DNA from: an uncultured virus (IMG/VR IMGVR_UViG_3300028833_000090)
Lineage: Duplodnaviria; Heunggongvirae; Uroviricota; Caudoviricetes
IMG/VR virus record: IMGVR_UViG_3300028833_000090
Length of the DNA: 64,000 nucleotides
Strand: one strand, 5' to 3'
The notes beneath the pieces are model-generated. The model made no database searches and was not told where the DNA came from. It saw only the letters and a list, made by a program, of their open reading frames with translations. Positions 39,273-49,303 of the stretch are shown one piece after another. Numbering within the stretch: the first letter of the stretch is position 1; every line of letters starts with the position of its first letter. The position numbers and the translations under genes are program-made.

Positions 39273-39457
39273 CAGATGATGAACTATTAGTCCTTATAGA
39301 TAATCTCTGTAAGACTAATGAACTAGCTCTTAAAAAATCTCTTCTACTTCCTCAACTTTTTAACGAAGAGGATTTAGATAGACAACGAAAATCACTAGGA
39401 CTTCTTTTAGACTTGAAAAACAATTTAATAAGAAAAAGAAATGAAACTAAGAACTAA
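39221..39457 (+). CDS. Hypothetical protein
   Basis: 78-aa ORF in operon. Confidence 0.7.
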   Translation: MRSLKAIIEANDNGETLTDDELLVLIDNLCKTNELALKKSLLLPQLFNEEDLDRQRKSLGLLLDLKNNLIRKRNETKN

Positions 39458-39668
39458 ATTTATGAGGATGTCCGGTTTTGGTCATCTTTGTTTATTGCCT
39501 CACATAGATATTTCGATGAGCTATTCAATGCCTACTATAATATTTGAGTGGTGGGTATTTAGATTCGATCTCGAAATCTGGGCTAAATTACCAAATTGGG
39601 TGATGAAAATTTGGGATGTAATAACTCTTAATATACTTGATAATAAGTCAAATGATGGAGAAGATTGA
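39441..39668 (+). CDS. Hypothetical protein
   Basis: 75-aa ORF in operon. Confidence 0.7.
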   Translation: MKLRTKFMRMSGFGHLCLLPHIDISMSYSMPTIIFEWWVFRFDLEIWAKLPNWVMKIWDVITLNILDNKSNDGED

Positions 39669-40146
39669 TACTGCTCGAGTAATTAAGCGTGGTAAAGAGA
39701 TGCTTGATTTATATCGGTGCGTATATAAAGAGCCCGTTATTAATAGAGTTCGTTTGCTTGATTTTTCTGGGTTCTATACTTGGGCTGGAATAACTGGTAA
39801 ACTCAAAAACTTCAATGAAAAATTAGAAAATGATGAGGATCGCATAGACTTTATCAGAGATATAGAAATAGGGTTGCGTATTTATTACGAAACCGAAGTA
39901 ACACCGATCTTAGATGGTAATTATGACCTTCTCTTATCTTTTCCATATACTCCGGGGTCAATGTTGGGTATGTTTGCCAGAGATTTCAATCAAACTCAGG
40001 TATATGGACCTTCTACTGTAGAAGCTGTTAAGATGGGATGGATGAAGTTCGATATTCATGATGAAACAGATACAAGCGGATATGGTAGAGCAATTTCTAA
40101 AATAAAACAAGATTTTTCAGATATATTTCAAGATTACTTGAAATAA
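39652..40146 (+). CDS. Hypothetical protein
   Basis: ATG start MMEKID. Confidence 0.75.
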   Translation: MMEKIDTARVIKRGKEMLDLYRCVYKEPVINRVRLLDFSGFYTWAGITGKLKNFNEKLENDEDRIDFIRDIEIGLRIYYETEVTPILDGNYDLLLSFPYTPGSMLGMFARDFNQTQVYGPSTVEAVKMGWMKFDIHDETDTSGYGRAISKIKQDFSDIFQDYLK

Positions 40147-40200
40147 AAAAAAATAGATAATGATACGTAAAAAATATCATTATCTATTTTTCATTTTACA

Positions 40201-40443
40201 CTAAATATAATCTGTTAGCATAAAATGAAATTTATCATTTTCGAAGTAGATTTGACCACAATCAGTGTAGTGGGTAAATCCAGCTTCTTTCATTTTAGCT
40301 ATGAAGGAGTTTACAAGATCTTCAAACTTCTCCATAGCTTTGTCTATATCTTCGTAGGTGAGACCTTCATCAACCATTTGTTGGTTGAAGTCAGTGCCTT
40401 CTTCTCAATATAGATCGACTGTAATTGGACTAATATTTAACAT
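40201..40443 (-). pseudogene. 80-codon acidic ORF interrupted by in-frame TGA at codon 13 (or a short gene from an internal ATG)
   Basis: MLNISPITVDLY*EEGTDFNQQMVDEG...; TGA at 40405-40407. Confidence 0.5.
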
Positions 40444-41497
40444 CAACTGATTCGTTGAAATTAAATAATTCCTTCTCTCCCCAGATCTGCTCAGGTTCGA
40501 GTTCATCATCACATCCCATGTCATTTACAAATGATGTGTTATATGAATACTTGTTGAAGTAAGCATTTCTTTTAACAAGTTTACAAGACTCATTAAGTTT
40601 AGTAATTACCTCAGCAGGTATGTGATCAGGTATAACTGTAGTCTTAGCCGCGAGTTCCTCAAGCTTATTTTTCTTTTCAATAAGCATTTCAAGAAGCTCG
40701 TTGGCTGAGTATTTATTGTTATACTTTATTTCTTTAAGCCAATTAGCATCAATACCTTCTCGATTGATTCTTAAAGGTATGATTGAACCAGCTTTTTCGG
40801 ACTCTTCAATACACTGGATACAGGTATTATAGACTCTAAATGCATGTTGAACATGCTTAGAATTCCTTACCTCTCCAGTTTTGAGGTCCATATCACTTTT
40901 TACAACCTCACCATCCCATTGTTTGGATTTATGGTTGTAATAAATAAATCCCTTCGTATTATTGAAGGTATCTTTTGAGATGAATTTCTCTGGATGAATA
41001 AAGATCCACCAAAGATAAATACTAGGAGTTCTTTTCATCTCATTAACAAAGTGGGGTAAGTGAGCGACTTGACCTCTTTTTCGGTTATTGTCGTAGTACT
41101 CTACTTTATTAAGAATAGCTGACCTATCAGTTGGATTATCAAGCTTAACAATGTCATCAAACTTAATAATATCAGTAGGGTCAGTTATTGGATTACGATA
41201 AACGCCTCCTGCAAGAAGTACGTGTATCATTTCAACTGCTTCCCAGTTTCCTTTAGAAAGCAGTTCACGGAAACGATCAAGACCATAAGATACGTGGTCA
41301 TTTCCAGCTAAAGATGCCTTATCCTCAGTTAATTCAGGATAATCCATCCATTCGGGATTAAAATGGATACCTTTTGTATCAGTATCCGAATTTTCGCTGC
41401 TGGTTCCTTGAGTTCTGGAACCAGCTTCCAGCATAGCTACCGCATTACCCCATACATGTTCGTGGAATTCTTCGGTAGTTTTGTATTCTACTGTCAT
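40430..41497 (-). CDS. Pol-beta-type nucleotidyltransferase (phage Nuc-transf/NrdC.11-like)
   Basis: AGSRTQGTSSENSDTDTKGI; later KHVQHAFRV. Confidence 0.85.
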   Translation of the reverse strand: MTVEYKTTEEFHEHVWGNAVAMLEAGSRTQGTSSENSDTDTKGIHFNPEWMDYPELTEDKASLAGNDHVSYGLDRFRELLSKGNWEAVEMIHVLLAGGVYRNPITDPTDIIKFDDIVKLDNPTDRSAILNKVEYYDNNRKRGQVAHLPHFVNEMKRTPSIYLWWIFIHPEKFISKDTFNNTKGFIYYNHKSKQWDGEVVKSDMDLKTGEVRNSKHVQHAFRVYNTCIQCIEESEKAGSIIPLRINREGIDANWLKEIKYNNKYSANELLEMLIEKKNKLEELAAKTTVIPDHIPAEVITKLNESCKLVKRNAYFNKYSYNTSFVNDMGCDDELEPEQIWGEKELFNFNESVDVKY

Positions 41498-41583
41498 AAT
41501 GTTGTAAGTTTTTAAAAAGTTAATAAATCGTGAAAAATAAAAAGGAGGGAATATAAACTTAACTGTTTATATTCCCTTCAATA

Positions 41584-41847
41584 TTAAGGGTTTAAAGGGT
41601 CAGTTACAGGCAATTCACTTCGTAACCAACAAACAACACCTTCAATATTCCAGCCACCAGGACCAAAAACTTCTGCATCTGACCTTGGATCGGGTCTATG
41701 AGCTATTACAGGTTTAGCTAAACCATTAGGATATACCAGCATAGCTACAACTTCAACATCATAGTCAGGTAATTCCTCATCACCTAAAGCACTAATCCAC
41801 TGAATGGATTTTGCTTTTTTATTTTTTCTTTTATGGATTTCATACAT
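41584..41847 (-). CDS. Hypothetical protein, DUF551-like (WIS...LP); possibly 3' part of a frameshifted gene
   Basis: QWISALGDEELPD...VVCWL. Confidence 0.6.
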   Translation of the reverse strand: MYEIHKRKNKKAKSIQWISALGDEELPDYDVEVVAMLVYPNGLAKPVIAHRPDPRSDAEVFGPGGWNIEGVVCWLRSELPVTDPLNP

Positions 41848-42051
41848 AATCCAGATTACTAAAAGAATAATTGGTGATAATATTAGCGTAATAGAACTTA
41901 TTACAAAGAATACTATACTACCTATAAATACTGTATAAGTGTATTAATAAACGATTTCGGTTTAAACGAATAAGTATCACTTATTGATATTTCGTCATCT
42001 TCGAAATATTTTAGTTCAAAGTTAAATAAATCAAGTAATGTTTCCATTTTA

Positions 42052-42666
42052 TTACTCATTTAATAATTCAATAAAGTGATTTTCCATGTTAAAAAGAATT
42101 CTAATATCTTCATTTCTTCCTCCATTTTTAAGAAAGTTTAATGTAGATCTTAGACAATTTTCGTTATACCCCTCTGTTGGAATATAAACCAATTTTGCTC
42201 GAATAACTCCTCCTCCGCCGTCGTCACATATTAAAAAGAGTATATAAACACCTGGTATAAGTTTATCTGCTCTATTGGATAAATATACCCTCTTAAAACA
42301 GAACTTATTTCCATTTTCTTTCCTCATATCCTGACGAAGGATCCAAGCAAAACTACAATAAGCTTGAGCTAATCCGGCAGGAGACCGGAATAATCTAAAG
42401 CTATCACTTCTTCGCGTAATTTTCATGCGGTGAGTATGTCTCTGTTCTCCGCCCTCAGCAATAAAAATATTATCACCAAGAGAAATATTTGACCATGAGA
42501 ACAGCAAACAAGCTGCGAATTGATTAACCTCATTACTCGTAATAAAAGTATTGGAGTATGAACTTCCATCCAATTCTAGCGTAATTACCTCAGATACAGT
42601 ATGAGATAATCCTGGTATTTTCTGAAATATCTCAGAGTCAATAGTATAAATGTATCTACCTGTCAT
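42052..42666 (-). CDS. Hypothetical protein
   Basis: 204-aa ORF after leader-hairpin element 42691-42767. Confidence 0.8.
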   Translation of the reverse strand: MTGRYIYTIDSEIFQKIPGLSHTVSEVITLELDGSSYSNTFITSNEVNQFAACLLFSWSNISLGDNIFIAEGGEQRHTHRMKITRRSDSFRLFRSPAGLAQAYCSFAWILRQDMRKENGNKFCFKRVYLSNRADKLIPGVYILFLICDDGGGGVIRAKLVYIPTEGYNENCLRSTLNFLKNGGRNEDIRILFNMENHFIELLNE

Positions 42667-42780
42667 TTTTTGTAGTTTTATAATTAATTAATATCTAGAA
42701 AAATAAATTGAAGAAAATATAAGTATGTTATTATTATATTTTCTTCTTATATTAGATTTTTAAGGGAGCAAAAAAAAACA

Positions 42781-43580
42781 ACCCTGAGACTATCGGGTTG
42801 TAATGAGTTCATTTTCTGAGGTTGGCCCCAGTCAGTCACACGTATATTTCTACACGTAGAGCTCAATGGCAGTTTGATAAGGCTCAAACCTAAACCTTTA
42901 CTTTTACGCTAATAATTTCACCTTTCGCACCTAGTCGCCCTGGAAAGGCGTGCAGGAGATCCCTCCCCTTACCATGATGTTAATCCGCTACTCTTCAGCT
43001 ACTTTCCTCGCGGTACTCGTAACTGCCCCCATTTTGCAGAGGGATAAGCCATTTTTTGCATAAAAGTGTGGTCACACTTTTGCTTTTTAAAGGAAATTCA
43101 TTAATTTTCTTTTTTGTGATTCCGGAAATAGCCATCCGGTAGCGGCATTGAGAGTGTGGTGACCACTTTTTGTAGTTCTCTCCCTTTTGAGGAAAGCCCA
43201 CTACGACACTCTCTAAGACGACCTTTTGCATCAGTCATCTCTTTAACAGCATCTTATCAAGTTTGGTTAGTTTACTTGATCTCAACTGTTAATGATACAC
43301 GCACTTGGTTGCTTATGCCTCGTACATAGTATCTCCGTGATTATACAGAGCTATTTCTAGCTCCTGCTCCCATTTCAGGAAGCTACACCCATCTTTTCGA
43401 ACTCTTTGGGGATTCGAACCTTCCCCAGATGAATGCAGTCATCATCGTTCCCTTCAATAGCTAGCTATTTTCATAGCTAGTGGCGATCCTTGCCGGGGTC
43501 ACCATTTATGCCCATTGCTGGGTTTATCCTTTGATTCAGTCGCTGAGGGCACGGCTGCCAGAATGTTTCCACTCTGGTAA
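42781..43580 (-). ncRNA. GOLLD-like large structured RNA (~800 nt)
   Basis: ORF-poor and richer in GC; downstream of tRNA-Pro and tRNA-Met; many hairpins, GTGGTCAC/GTGACCAC long-range pair, 3' AGTCTCAGGGT then T-tract. Confidence 0.6.
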
Positions 43581-43712
43581 TTTTTTTGTAGTTTTATTTT
43601 TTTTGTTCTCTTTTAAGAAATACAGGTCTTTTGAACCGACCTTTTTTCAGTAAAAAAGAAAACCCACTCGTCTCTGAGCTAACAGACTACGAGTGGGAAA
43701 AACTACTTCGTG

Positions 43713-43785
<73 letters not shown>

Positions 43786-43809
43786 ATATTTATTTTTTTA
43801 TTTCTTTAG

Positions 43810-43882
43810 TCGGGGTGGCCAGGCTCGAACTGACGACCTCAGCGTCCCAAACGCCGCGCGCTACCAACTGCGCTACACCCCG
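43810..43882 (-). tRNA. tRNA-Pro(TGG)
   Basis: CGGCG-TTTGGGA-CGCTG. Confidence 0.95.
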
Positions 43883-43986
43883 AAATAAATATTAATTAGT
43901 TTTTCTTTATTGTGTCGTATATAAGGATTTTGGTCCTTTTTAACCTCCCTATTTTTATTTCAATAAAATAAAAAAAGAAGAAGATT

Positions 43987-45012
43987 TTACTCTCCTTCTT
44001 TATAATCCAAAAATTTATTTCTTTCTTCTCTTCTTCTTTCGTTTTCTTCCTTTATTCTATCACCCTTTCTCTTAGCTCTTAATCCACTAGCTAGATATCC
44101 AAGACCACTAGCTGCTGTATTAGCTGCTATATCCAGATTTCTATTACTAGCATAAGTATTATAAGCAGCCTTTAGAGATTCCTTGCTTTGATTCAAATAC
44201 TTATCACTAGCTCCAAGTCCTTTTAACAGTTTCATAGCTTCTTTTGAAGCTACTTTTTCATGGTGAGTTCTTACAAAGGGTAACGCTATACCAAGAGCGG
44301 GTGCTATTAAACTAGCCTTTCTTAATTTAACATCGCCAGTATCTTCATCCACTTTAAATCCAGTAGCACCAGTAGCAACGCCAGGTATCATATGCATTCC
44401 GACTCTAGCAGCTATCTTCCCTGTTGAATCTTTTCCATCTCTACCTACCCTAAAAATATCTTTATGACCTGCCCTTTGGGTAATTTTAGGAAGTAATCCT
44501 GCTCTGTCTTTTTCTATGTTATAATGACCAAATTCATGGGCGACAACAGCAGCAGATGCATTTCTACCTTCAGCAATTTTATAGGGTTTTCCTCCAAATT
44601 TTTCCTGTTTGTAATCATCTATTGCTTTCTTTATATAATCTTCTGGAGGATTATCTATACCAGATTTTTTACACTCTTTAATTAGATGCTCTCTTAACTC
44701 CTTTTCATTAAACCTACTAAAAACGGATTGATCGCTATTTAATCTACGAGTGTGATGGAGTTCGTCTATGGAATTTATTTTATCATTTAACTTTCCCCAT
44801 AACTCTCTATCTTCTGGAGATTTTCTTAGATTAGAGTCTAATTTTGTAATCTTTTCTATTAACTTATTATTTCTTAATCTATTAAATGTATCAGCAGCAA
44901 GGGCAGCACCACCAGCTCCGAGTCCAGATAGACCATAAGTTAGTGCATTAGAACCTAAATCACTTTTCTTTTTATCTTCATCAGAATAATATCTTGTTAA
45001 CTTAAATATCAT
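43987..45012 (-). CDS. MIFKLTRYYS-tag protein with HExxH metallopeptidase motif and Gly/Ala hydrophobic segments
   Basis: VVAHEFGH...HEKVAS. Confidence 0.8.
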   Translation of the reverse strand: MIFKLTRYYSDEDKKKSDLGSNALTYGLSGLGAGGAALAADTFNRLRNNKLIEKITKLDSNLRKSPEDRELWGKLNDKINSIDELHHTRRLNSDQSVFSRFNEKELREHLIKECKKSGIDNPPEDYIKKAIDDYKQEKFGGKPYKIAEGRNASAAVVAHEFGHYNIEKDRAGLLPKITQRAGHKDIFRVGRDGKDSTGKIAARVGMHMIPGVATGATGFKVDEDTGDVKLRKASLIAPALGIALPFVRTHHEKVASKEAMKLLKGLGASDKYLNQSKESLKAAYNTYASNRNLDIAANTAASGLGYLASGLRAKRKGDRIKEENERRREERNKFLDYKEGE

Positions 45013-45092
45013 AGTCTATTTTAATTTTTATTATATACAGAAATAAGAAAAATGAAGAAAAAAAATAGACCCCACCATTGCGTTGGAGTCTA

Positions 45093-45405
45093 TTTCCGGG
45101 TAAATTGTGTTCTGTTTTATGGTATTTATCGGTTACTTTTCGCCTGATATAAAACAGCAACCTAAGCGGGATTCCCTTACTAGCATCCGTTATAGCCTGT
45201 TACAGAACCTATTACTACACATTAGAATCAGCAAATACCAGCCAGTCCTTTTTGTGATTTTACTTAGGCATGCAGAACTACCTATAGACTACTCACCTTT
45301 CGGCTTCTTTGTATGTTTTACAATTCTGTCCCTATAGCGACCTCTTAAACCAATAACGTTAGCCTAGACTCCCTACCATTTTTCTAGGCAATATTACTGG
45401 AAACA
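45093..45405 (-). ncRNA. Unknown ~310-nt structured RNA followed by terminator
   Basis: Minus strand: GCCTAGA/TCTAGGC, CCTAAG/CTTAGG, CTGTTTTA/TAAAACAG, GGTATTT/AAATACC; terminator 45061-45094. Confidence 0.5.
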
Positions 45406-45624
45406 TTAAAATTCTTTATCTCCGATCTTAATCACGTAACCCAATGAGTGAATGAGCTTGGAATATGTATTTACTGTCGGGCATATTTTCTGGTTTTCAA
45501 TTCTAGAAATGTAAGATTTATTACCTACTTCAGCCCTTTTAGCTAATTCCTCCTGGGTTACGTTTTTGTCCTCTCTTGCTTTTTTGAGAACAGATCCGTA
45601 ATTTTGATCAGTAATAGTTATCAT
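45406..45624 (-). CDS. XRE-family HTH regulator
   Basis: LKKAREDKNVTQEELAKR...SYISRIEN. Confidence 0.9.
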   Translation of the reverse strand: MITITDQNYGSVLKKAREDKNVTQEELAKRAEVGNKSYISRIENQKICPTVNTYSKLIHSLGYVIKIGDKEF

Positions 45625-45638
45625 TTTTTATTAATTTA

Positions 45639-46004
45639 TTAGTTAATAAATTTAATGCCGTAAGCACAGCCTTTTTTAACGAGTTCGAACTGACCTTGAA
45701 TAACCCCAAAGCTCATGTTCTTCACAACATTATCAAAGTCTGAGAATAATACGTCATAGCTAAATTCGTTTTTATCTTTAAAAACGAATTGAATTCCTGA
45801 TGTTGATCTCTTATTTACATAGTCAAATTTTAAAGTGAGATTTAAGATGCTACCAACTGGTAAGTAAGTAGTATCTTTCTCTCGTTCTGCATCAGTTTTC
45901 TTGTCATAGAATCCAAGGTTTATCAGATTATCTCTGCTCGACCTGAATTCTACTATCTGACCTTTATAAACTCTAACTGTGTACGGATACGGATTGTCCG
46001 ACAT
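45639..46004 (-). CDS. Hypothetical protein
   Basis: 121-aa ORF. Confidence 0.75.
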   Translation of the reverse strand: MSDNPYPYTVRVYKGQIVEFRSSRDNLINLGFYDKKTDAEREKDTTYLPVGSILNLTLKFDYVNKRSTSGIQFVFKDKNEFSYDVLFSDFDNVVKNMSFGVIQGQFELVKKGCAYGIKFIN

Positions 46005-46608
46005 TTATGTTAAGTTTTAAAAGTTCATCAGCATCAATATAGTCAATCATAAAGTTTTCAGCCGTTTTGAGGTCTGAGTCTGAAAATTGACCAGGAAAAC
46101 CAGAAGCATCACCAATCATAATCATATTTTGATTAGGAATTAAGTGCTTACCGGTTTTTTCAACATACATAGCAAGACATTTCTGAAGCATGCCTGTGTT
46201 AGGTTTTCTACAGGGATCTTCCTTGTCTTCTGTTGCCGAGTATTCACCGTAAACGTGAATCTTCAACCTAATTGAAATCATATTACAAATGGTTTCAAGT
46301 TTCTTTTTGAATTCCTCTTCCTTTACAAATCCTCGTGAAATACCGCCTTGATTGGATACGATAAAAAGGTAAATAGGATCAAAAACTTCTGCGATCTTAT
46401 CTATAACGTCTTCCCTTAAAACCCAATCATCTACATTCTTTGGGAATACATTACCTGATTTGGTTTTGATAAGAGTACCGTCTAGATCAGCAAAAACTAT
46501 TGTTCTTCTTAAATAATCAAGAGGGTTATTGTACCGGATCAGTTTACCATCCTCTTCAAAGATCAACCCATCAAGGGGGTGGATCATATCATGCTTTATG
46601 TGTATCAT
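45973..46608 (-). CDS. HAD-IIIA phosphatase (PNKP 3'-phosphatase-like)
   Basis: DLDGTLI, VSNQGG, RKPNTGM, MIGDASG..SDSD. Confidence 0.92.
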   Translation of the reverse strand: MIHIKHDMIHPLDGLIFEEDGKLIRYNNPLDYLRRTIVFADLDGTLIKTKSGNVFPKNVDDWVLREDVIDKIAEVFDPIYLFIVSNQGGISRGFVKEEEFKKKLETICNMISIRLKIHVYGEYSATEDKEDPCRKPNTGMLQKCLAMYVEKTGKHLIPNQNMIMIGDASGFPGQFSDSDLKTAENFMIDYIDADELLKLNINVGQSVSVHS

Positions 46609-46636
46609 ATTCTAACTAATTTAATGTTATTAGTAT

Positions 46637-47170
46637 CTATTCTTTAAAGAAATCAATACACTTAAGGTTAATCTGTTTAAGAATCTCTTTATATTCAAGA
46701 GTCTTCCAATTTTCTCTTATTGAATACAAATTAACCCTATGTAGCTTCTCATCGTTGTCCAAGTAGAATAATTTTAACTCTACGACTGAATGAGGATAAC
46801 CATCGTCTGTACAATCAGCTACTAATCCTTTATAACACAAATACTGTACGATAAGACCTGTAGATGATTCAAGATATTCTTCAGTAGCTTCTACCTCTCC
46901 TTCTACTATTCCATAGGATTCTTCATCTGGACCATCATACTCAGTTAAGTGATTTCCGAACACTTCAGCATGACCATCGAATCCTTTGAAGGAAGGTGGA
47001 GTTGTTACAAAAGCTAATACATTAAGTAATGTATCATCATTGAAAAATTCCTCTTCTGTCATAATAATGAGCTTAGAAGAGAAATCAGCGTCATTCATAT
47101 CCCATGTTATATGTCCGAAAACATGACAGCAGAGTCTATGTGCGCTCTTTAAAAATTTTTCTTTTTCCAT
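46637..47170 (-). CDS. Hypothetical protein
   Basis: 177-aa ORF. Confidence 0.8.
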   Translation of the reverse strand: MEKEKFLKSAHRLCCHVFGHITWDMNDADFSSKLIIMTEEEFFNDDTLLNVLAFVTTPPSFKGFDGHAEVFGNHLTEYDGPDEESYGIVEGEVEATEEYLESSTGLIVQYLCYKGLVADCTDDGYPHSVVELKLFYLDNDEKLHRVNLYSIRENWKTLEYKEILKQINLKCIDFFKE

Positions 47171-47173
47171 TTT

Positions 47174-47914
47174 TTAAATGCTTGAATTATAATCAAAATG
47201 TTTGTACTCGGTTATGTACGGCCCGGTATAAATCCATCCTTTTTCTACTTCTTTTGGTTTCCAAGAAGATGGATAATCCCAAACTAAACCCATTTCATGA
47301 CCGAAACAGTTAACAATATCATTATTATAAAGTCTCTTTTTCTTTGACTCATAATAATTTTTTACTCTTTCCATTGAGGGATAGCTTGATTTAGCTCTCT
47401 CATATTTATCGCAAATTAACCTAGCAAGCTTAAATGCGTTTTTTAGGTTTCTTAAATATGAAAAATTCGTATCATCCATCCACCATTTAAATCCGAGATT
47501 ATGAACTGTGTCTATGTATTTTTCAATTAAATCGAAAAAATCAACCCAATTCATTAATTTTTCATCCAATCCTGGATTGCCGTCAACAAACCCAACTACT
47601 TCATCATCAGTTACTTTATTAAGAAAATAATTTAGTGTTTCATTGCTAAACTTATCCTCATTGGAGTAATCAATAAATGGCATAAATGGGTATGTATACT
47701 CGGACAATTGTTTAGTACCTTCGAGAATATAGTAGAAAAGTTTATTTATTTCTTCTACATTCGTATCCTCTCCCTTAGTACTCTCTAACACTTTTATCAA
47801 CTCACTGTATTTAGTGATTGGTAAAAATGGAGTCATAACTACACTGGGATCGCTTTCGCGTGTATAAAATAACTCTGAAAAGGTAATGAAATCTTTTAAC
47901 GTTTTTAATTCCAT
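47174..47914 (-). CDS. Hypothetical protein
   Basis: 246-aa ORF. Confidence 0.8.
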   Translation of the reverse strand: MELKTLKDFITFSELFYTRESDPSVVMTPFLPITKYSELIKVLESTKGEDTNVEEINKLFYYILEGTKQLSEYTYPFMPFIDYSNEDKFSNETLNYFLNKVTDDEVVGFVDGNPGLDEKLMNWVDFFDLIEKYIDTVHNLGFKWWMDDTNFSYLRNLKNAFKLARLICDKYERAKSSYPSMERVKNYYESKKKRLYNNDIVNCFGHEMGLVWDYPSSWKPKEVEKGWIYTGPYITEYKHFDYNSSI

Positions 47915-47925
47915 TCTATTTTTTT

Positions 47926-48570
47926 TTAATTAAAATAATGTTTTACTAAAAAGGGTTCTAGATCACCGACCTGGGATGGAAAGCTAGATAATTCATTAGC
48001 AGCTTTCCGCGTTAACTCTACCATATCTTTGTCAGAGTTAGATTCAGATAGGAGAAAAACTGCTTCACGAAGTGACTTTACAGTTCTTACCTGAATTTTT
48101 ATCATATTCCCCACCTCAGCTCTTTCATCACATTTTTCACCCTCTTTAATGAAAGATTCGTTTAAATTGTTCAGCAGTTTATAAAAACTTTCTAACAATT
48201 TAAAATATTTAATAACATGATTTGTTATTGAATTCTCATCATTTAATTCTTTCGAGTACCATTCCTCTATTAAATTAAATTTATTCCAAGATATGGATCC
48301 AATAAATCCACGCAAACACCCAAAGATTTTCATGTATCTCCCTAATTCCGTTGTACTACTAACTACAGCTTCATTAGCCAGAAAATTATTATATCTTACT
48401 AATGTATTGTGATCAATTACTAAGGTATCCTCTGTTAGTAACTGATCGGTAACTTTCTGAAGAGATTCAAATGTTTTATTAATCTCTTCAGGGGTATTTA
48501 TCTTATCACAGTTACTGATTGTTTCGTCAAATACTGTGATGAAATTTTTTACTTTATTATCTTTTTCCAT
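47926..48570 (-). CDS. Hypothetical protein
   Basis: 214-aa ORF after leader-hairpin element. Confidence 0.8.
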   Translation of the reverse strand: MEKDNKVKNFITVFDETISNCDKINTPEEINKTFESLQKVTDQLLTEDTLVIDHNTLVRYNNFLANEAVVSSTTELGRYMKIFGCLRGFIGSISWNKFNLIEEWYSKELNDENSITNHVIKYFKLLESFYKLLNNLNESFIKEGEKCDERAEVGNMIKIQVRTVKSLREAVFLLSESNSDKDMVELTRKAANELSSFPSQVGDLEPFLVKHYFN

Positions 48571-48673
48571 TTTAGTTTTTTTTTGTTATTATTAATATCA
48601 TGAAAAATAAAAAATGAGTAATAATGCTTTTATACATTATTACTCACCTCAATTTCTAGGTTTTTAGACTTTA

Positions 48674-49186
48674 TCATAGTTTCGTTATTGTTGCATTTTT
48701 CCAAAGATTACCTCTTTTTCTCACACCAGTTAAGATATCAACAGATCTCTTATAACGTTTATTCATACAATCATGAATTACATATTTTCCAGTAAAAGAA
48801 GGATTATTTGGTATGTTAATAAATACTGAATCTCCATACCTAAATGGACCTCCATTTCTTTTAAGCATATCCTGTGATACGGCTATAAACTTAATAGAAT
48901 CTCTGTTTAGTGCTACAGTATCAATATGAGTTCCATCTGCTGTTATCAAAGGATTTCCCCAACATTGTTTGGGGTCTACTCTATAAATTGTAGCATACAT
49001 TAATTTTATAGTGTTTTCATTGATGTAATGTTCTGCTAGAATTTCCTTTGGCTTTTCTTTTACCTTTCTTGATGTTACTACTGTCACTGATTCTGTTACT
49101 GATTGAATTTCTACTAAGAGATTTTTCTCATCCACAATTGATCCTTGAAAAAATAACAAGAACAAAATTAATAAAAGTTTTCTCAT
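48674..49186 (-). CDS. Secreted 3D-domain (MltA-like) putative murein hydrolase
   Basis: Signal-like N-terminus; TADGT, IAVSQD, IHDCM...VDIL. Confidence 0.8.
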   Translation of the reverse strand: MRKLLLILFLLFFQGSIVDEKNLLVEIQSVTESVTVVTSRKVKEKPKEILAEHYINENTIKLMYATIYRVDPKQCWGNPLITADGTHIDTVALNRDSIKFIAVSQDMLKRNGGPFRYGDSVFINIPNNPSFTGKYVIHDCMNKRYKRSVDILTGVRKRGNLWKNATITKL

Positions 49187-49303
49187 ATTTTAAAATTTAT
49201 AGGAGTAATTTTTTAAAGAGGACCCCATGCAACCTCTAAAAATAAAGAAACACCTATAGTCTCTTCATAACGTACTATAGGTGTTTGTAACTTTTTTTAA
49301 TAT

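Noticed and set aside
43661..43697. 11-nt match CAGAGACGAGT between this hairpin (minus strand) and the 14730 RNA
   Set aside because: Too short to exclude chance; the hairpin is adequately explained as a terminator after tRNA-Met
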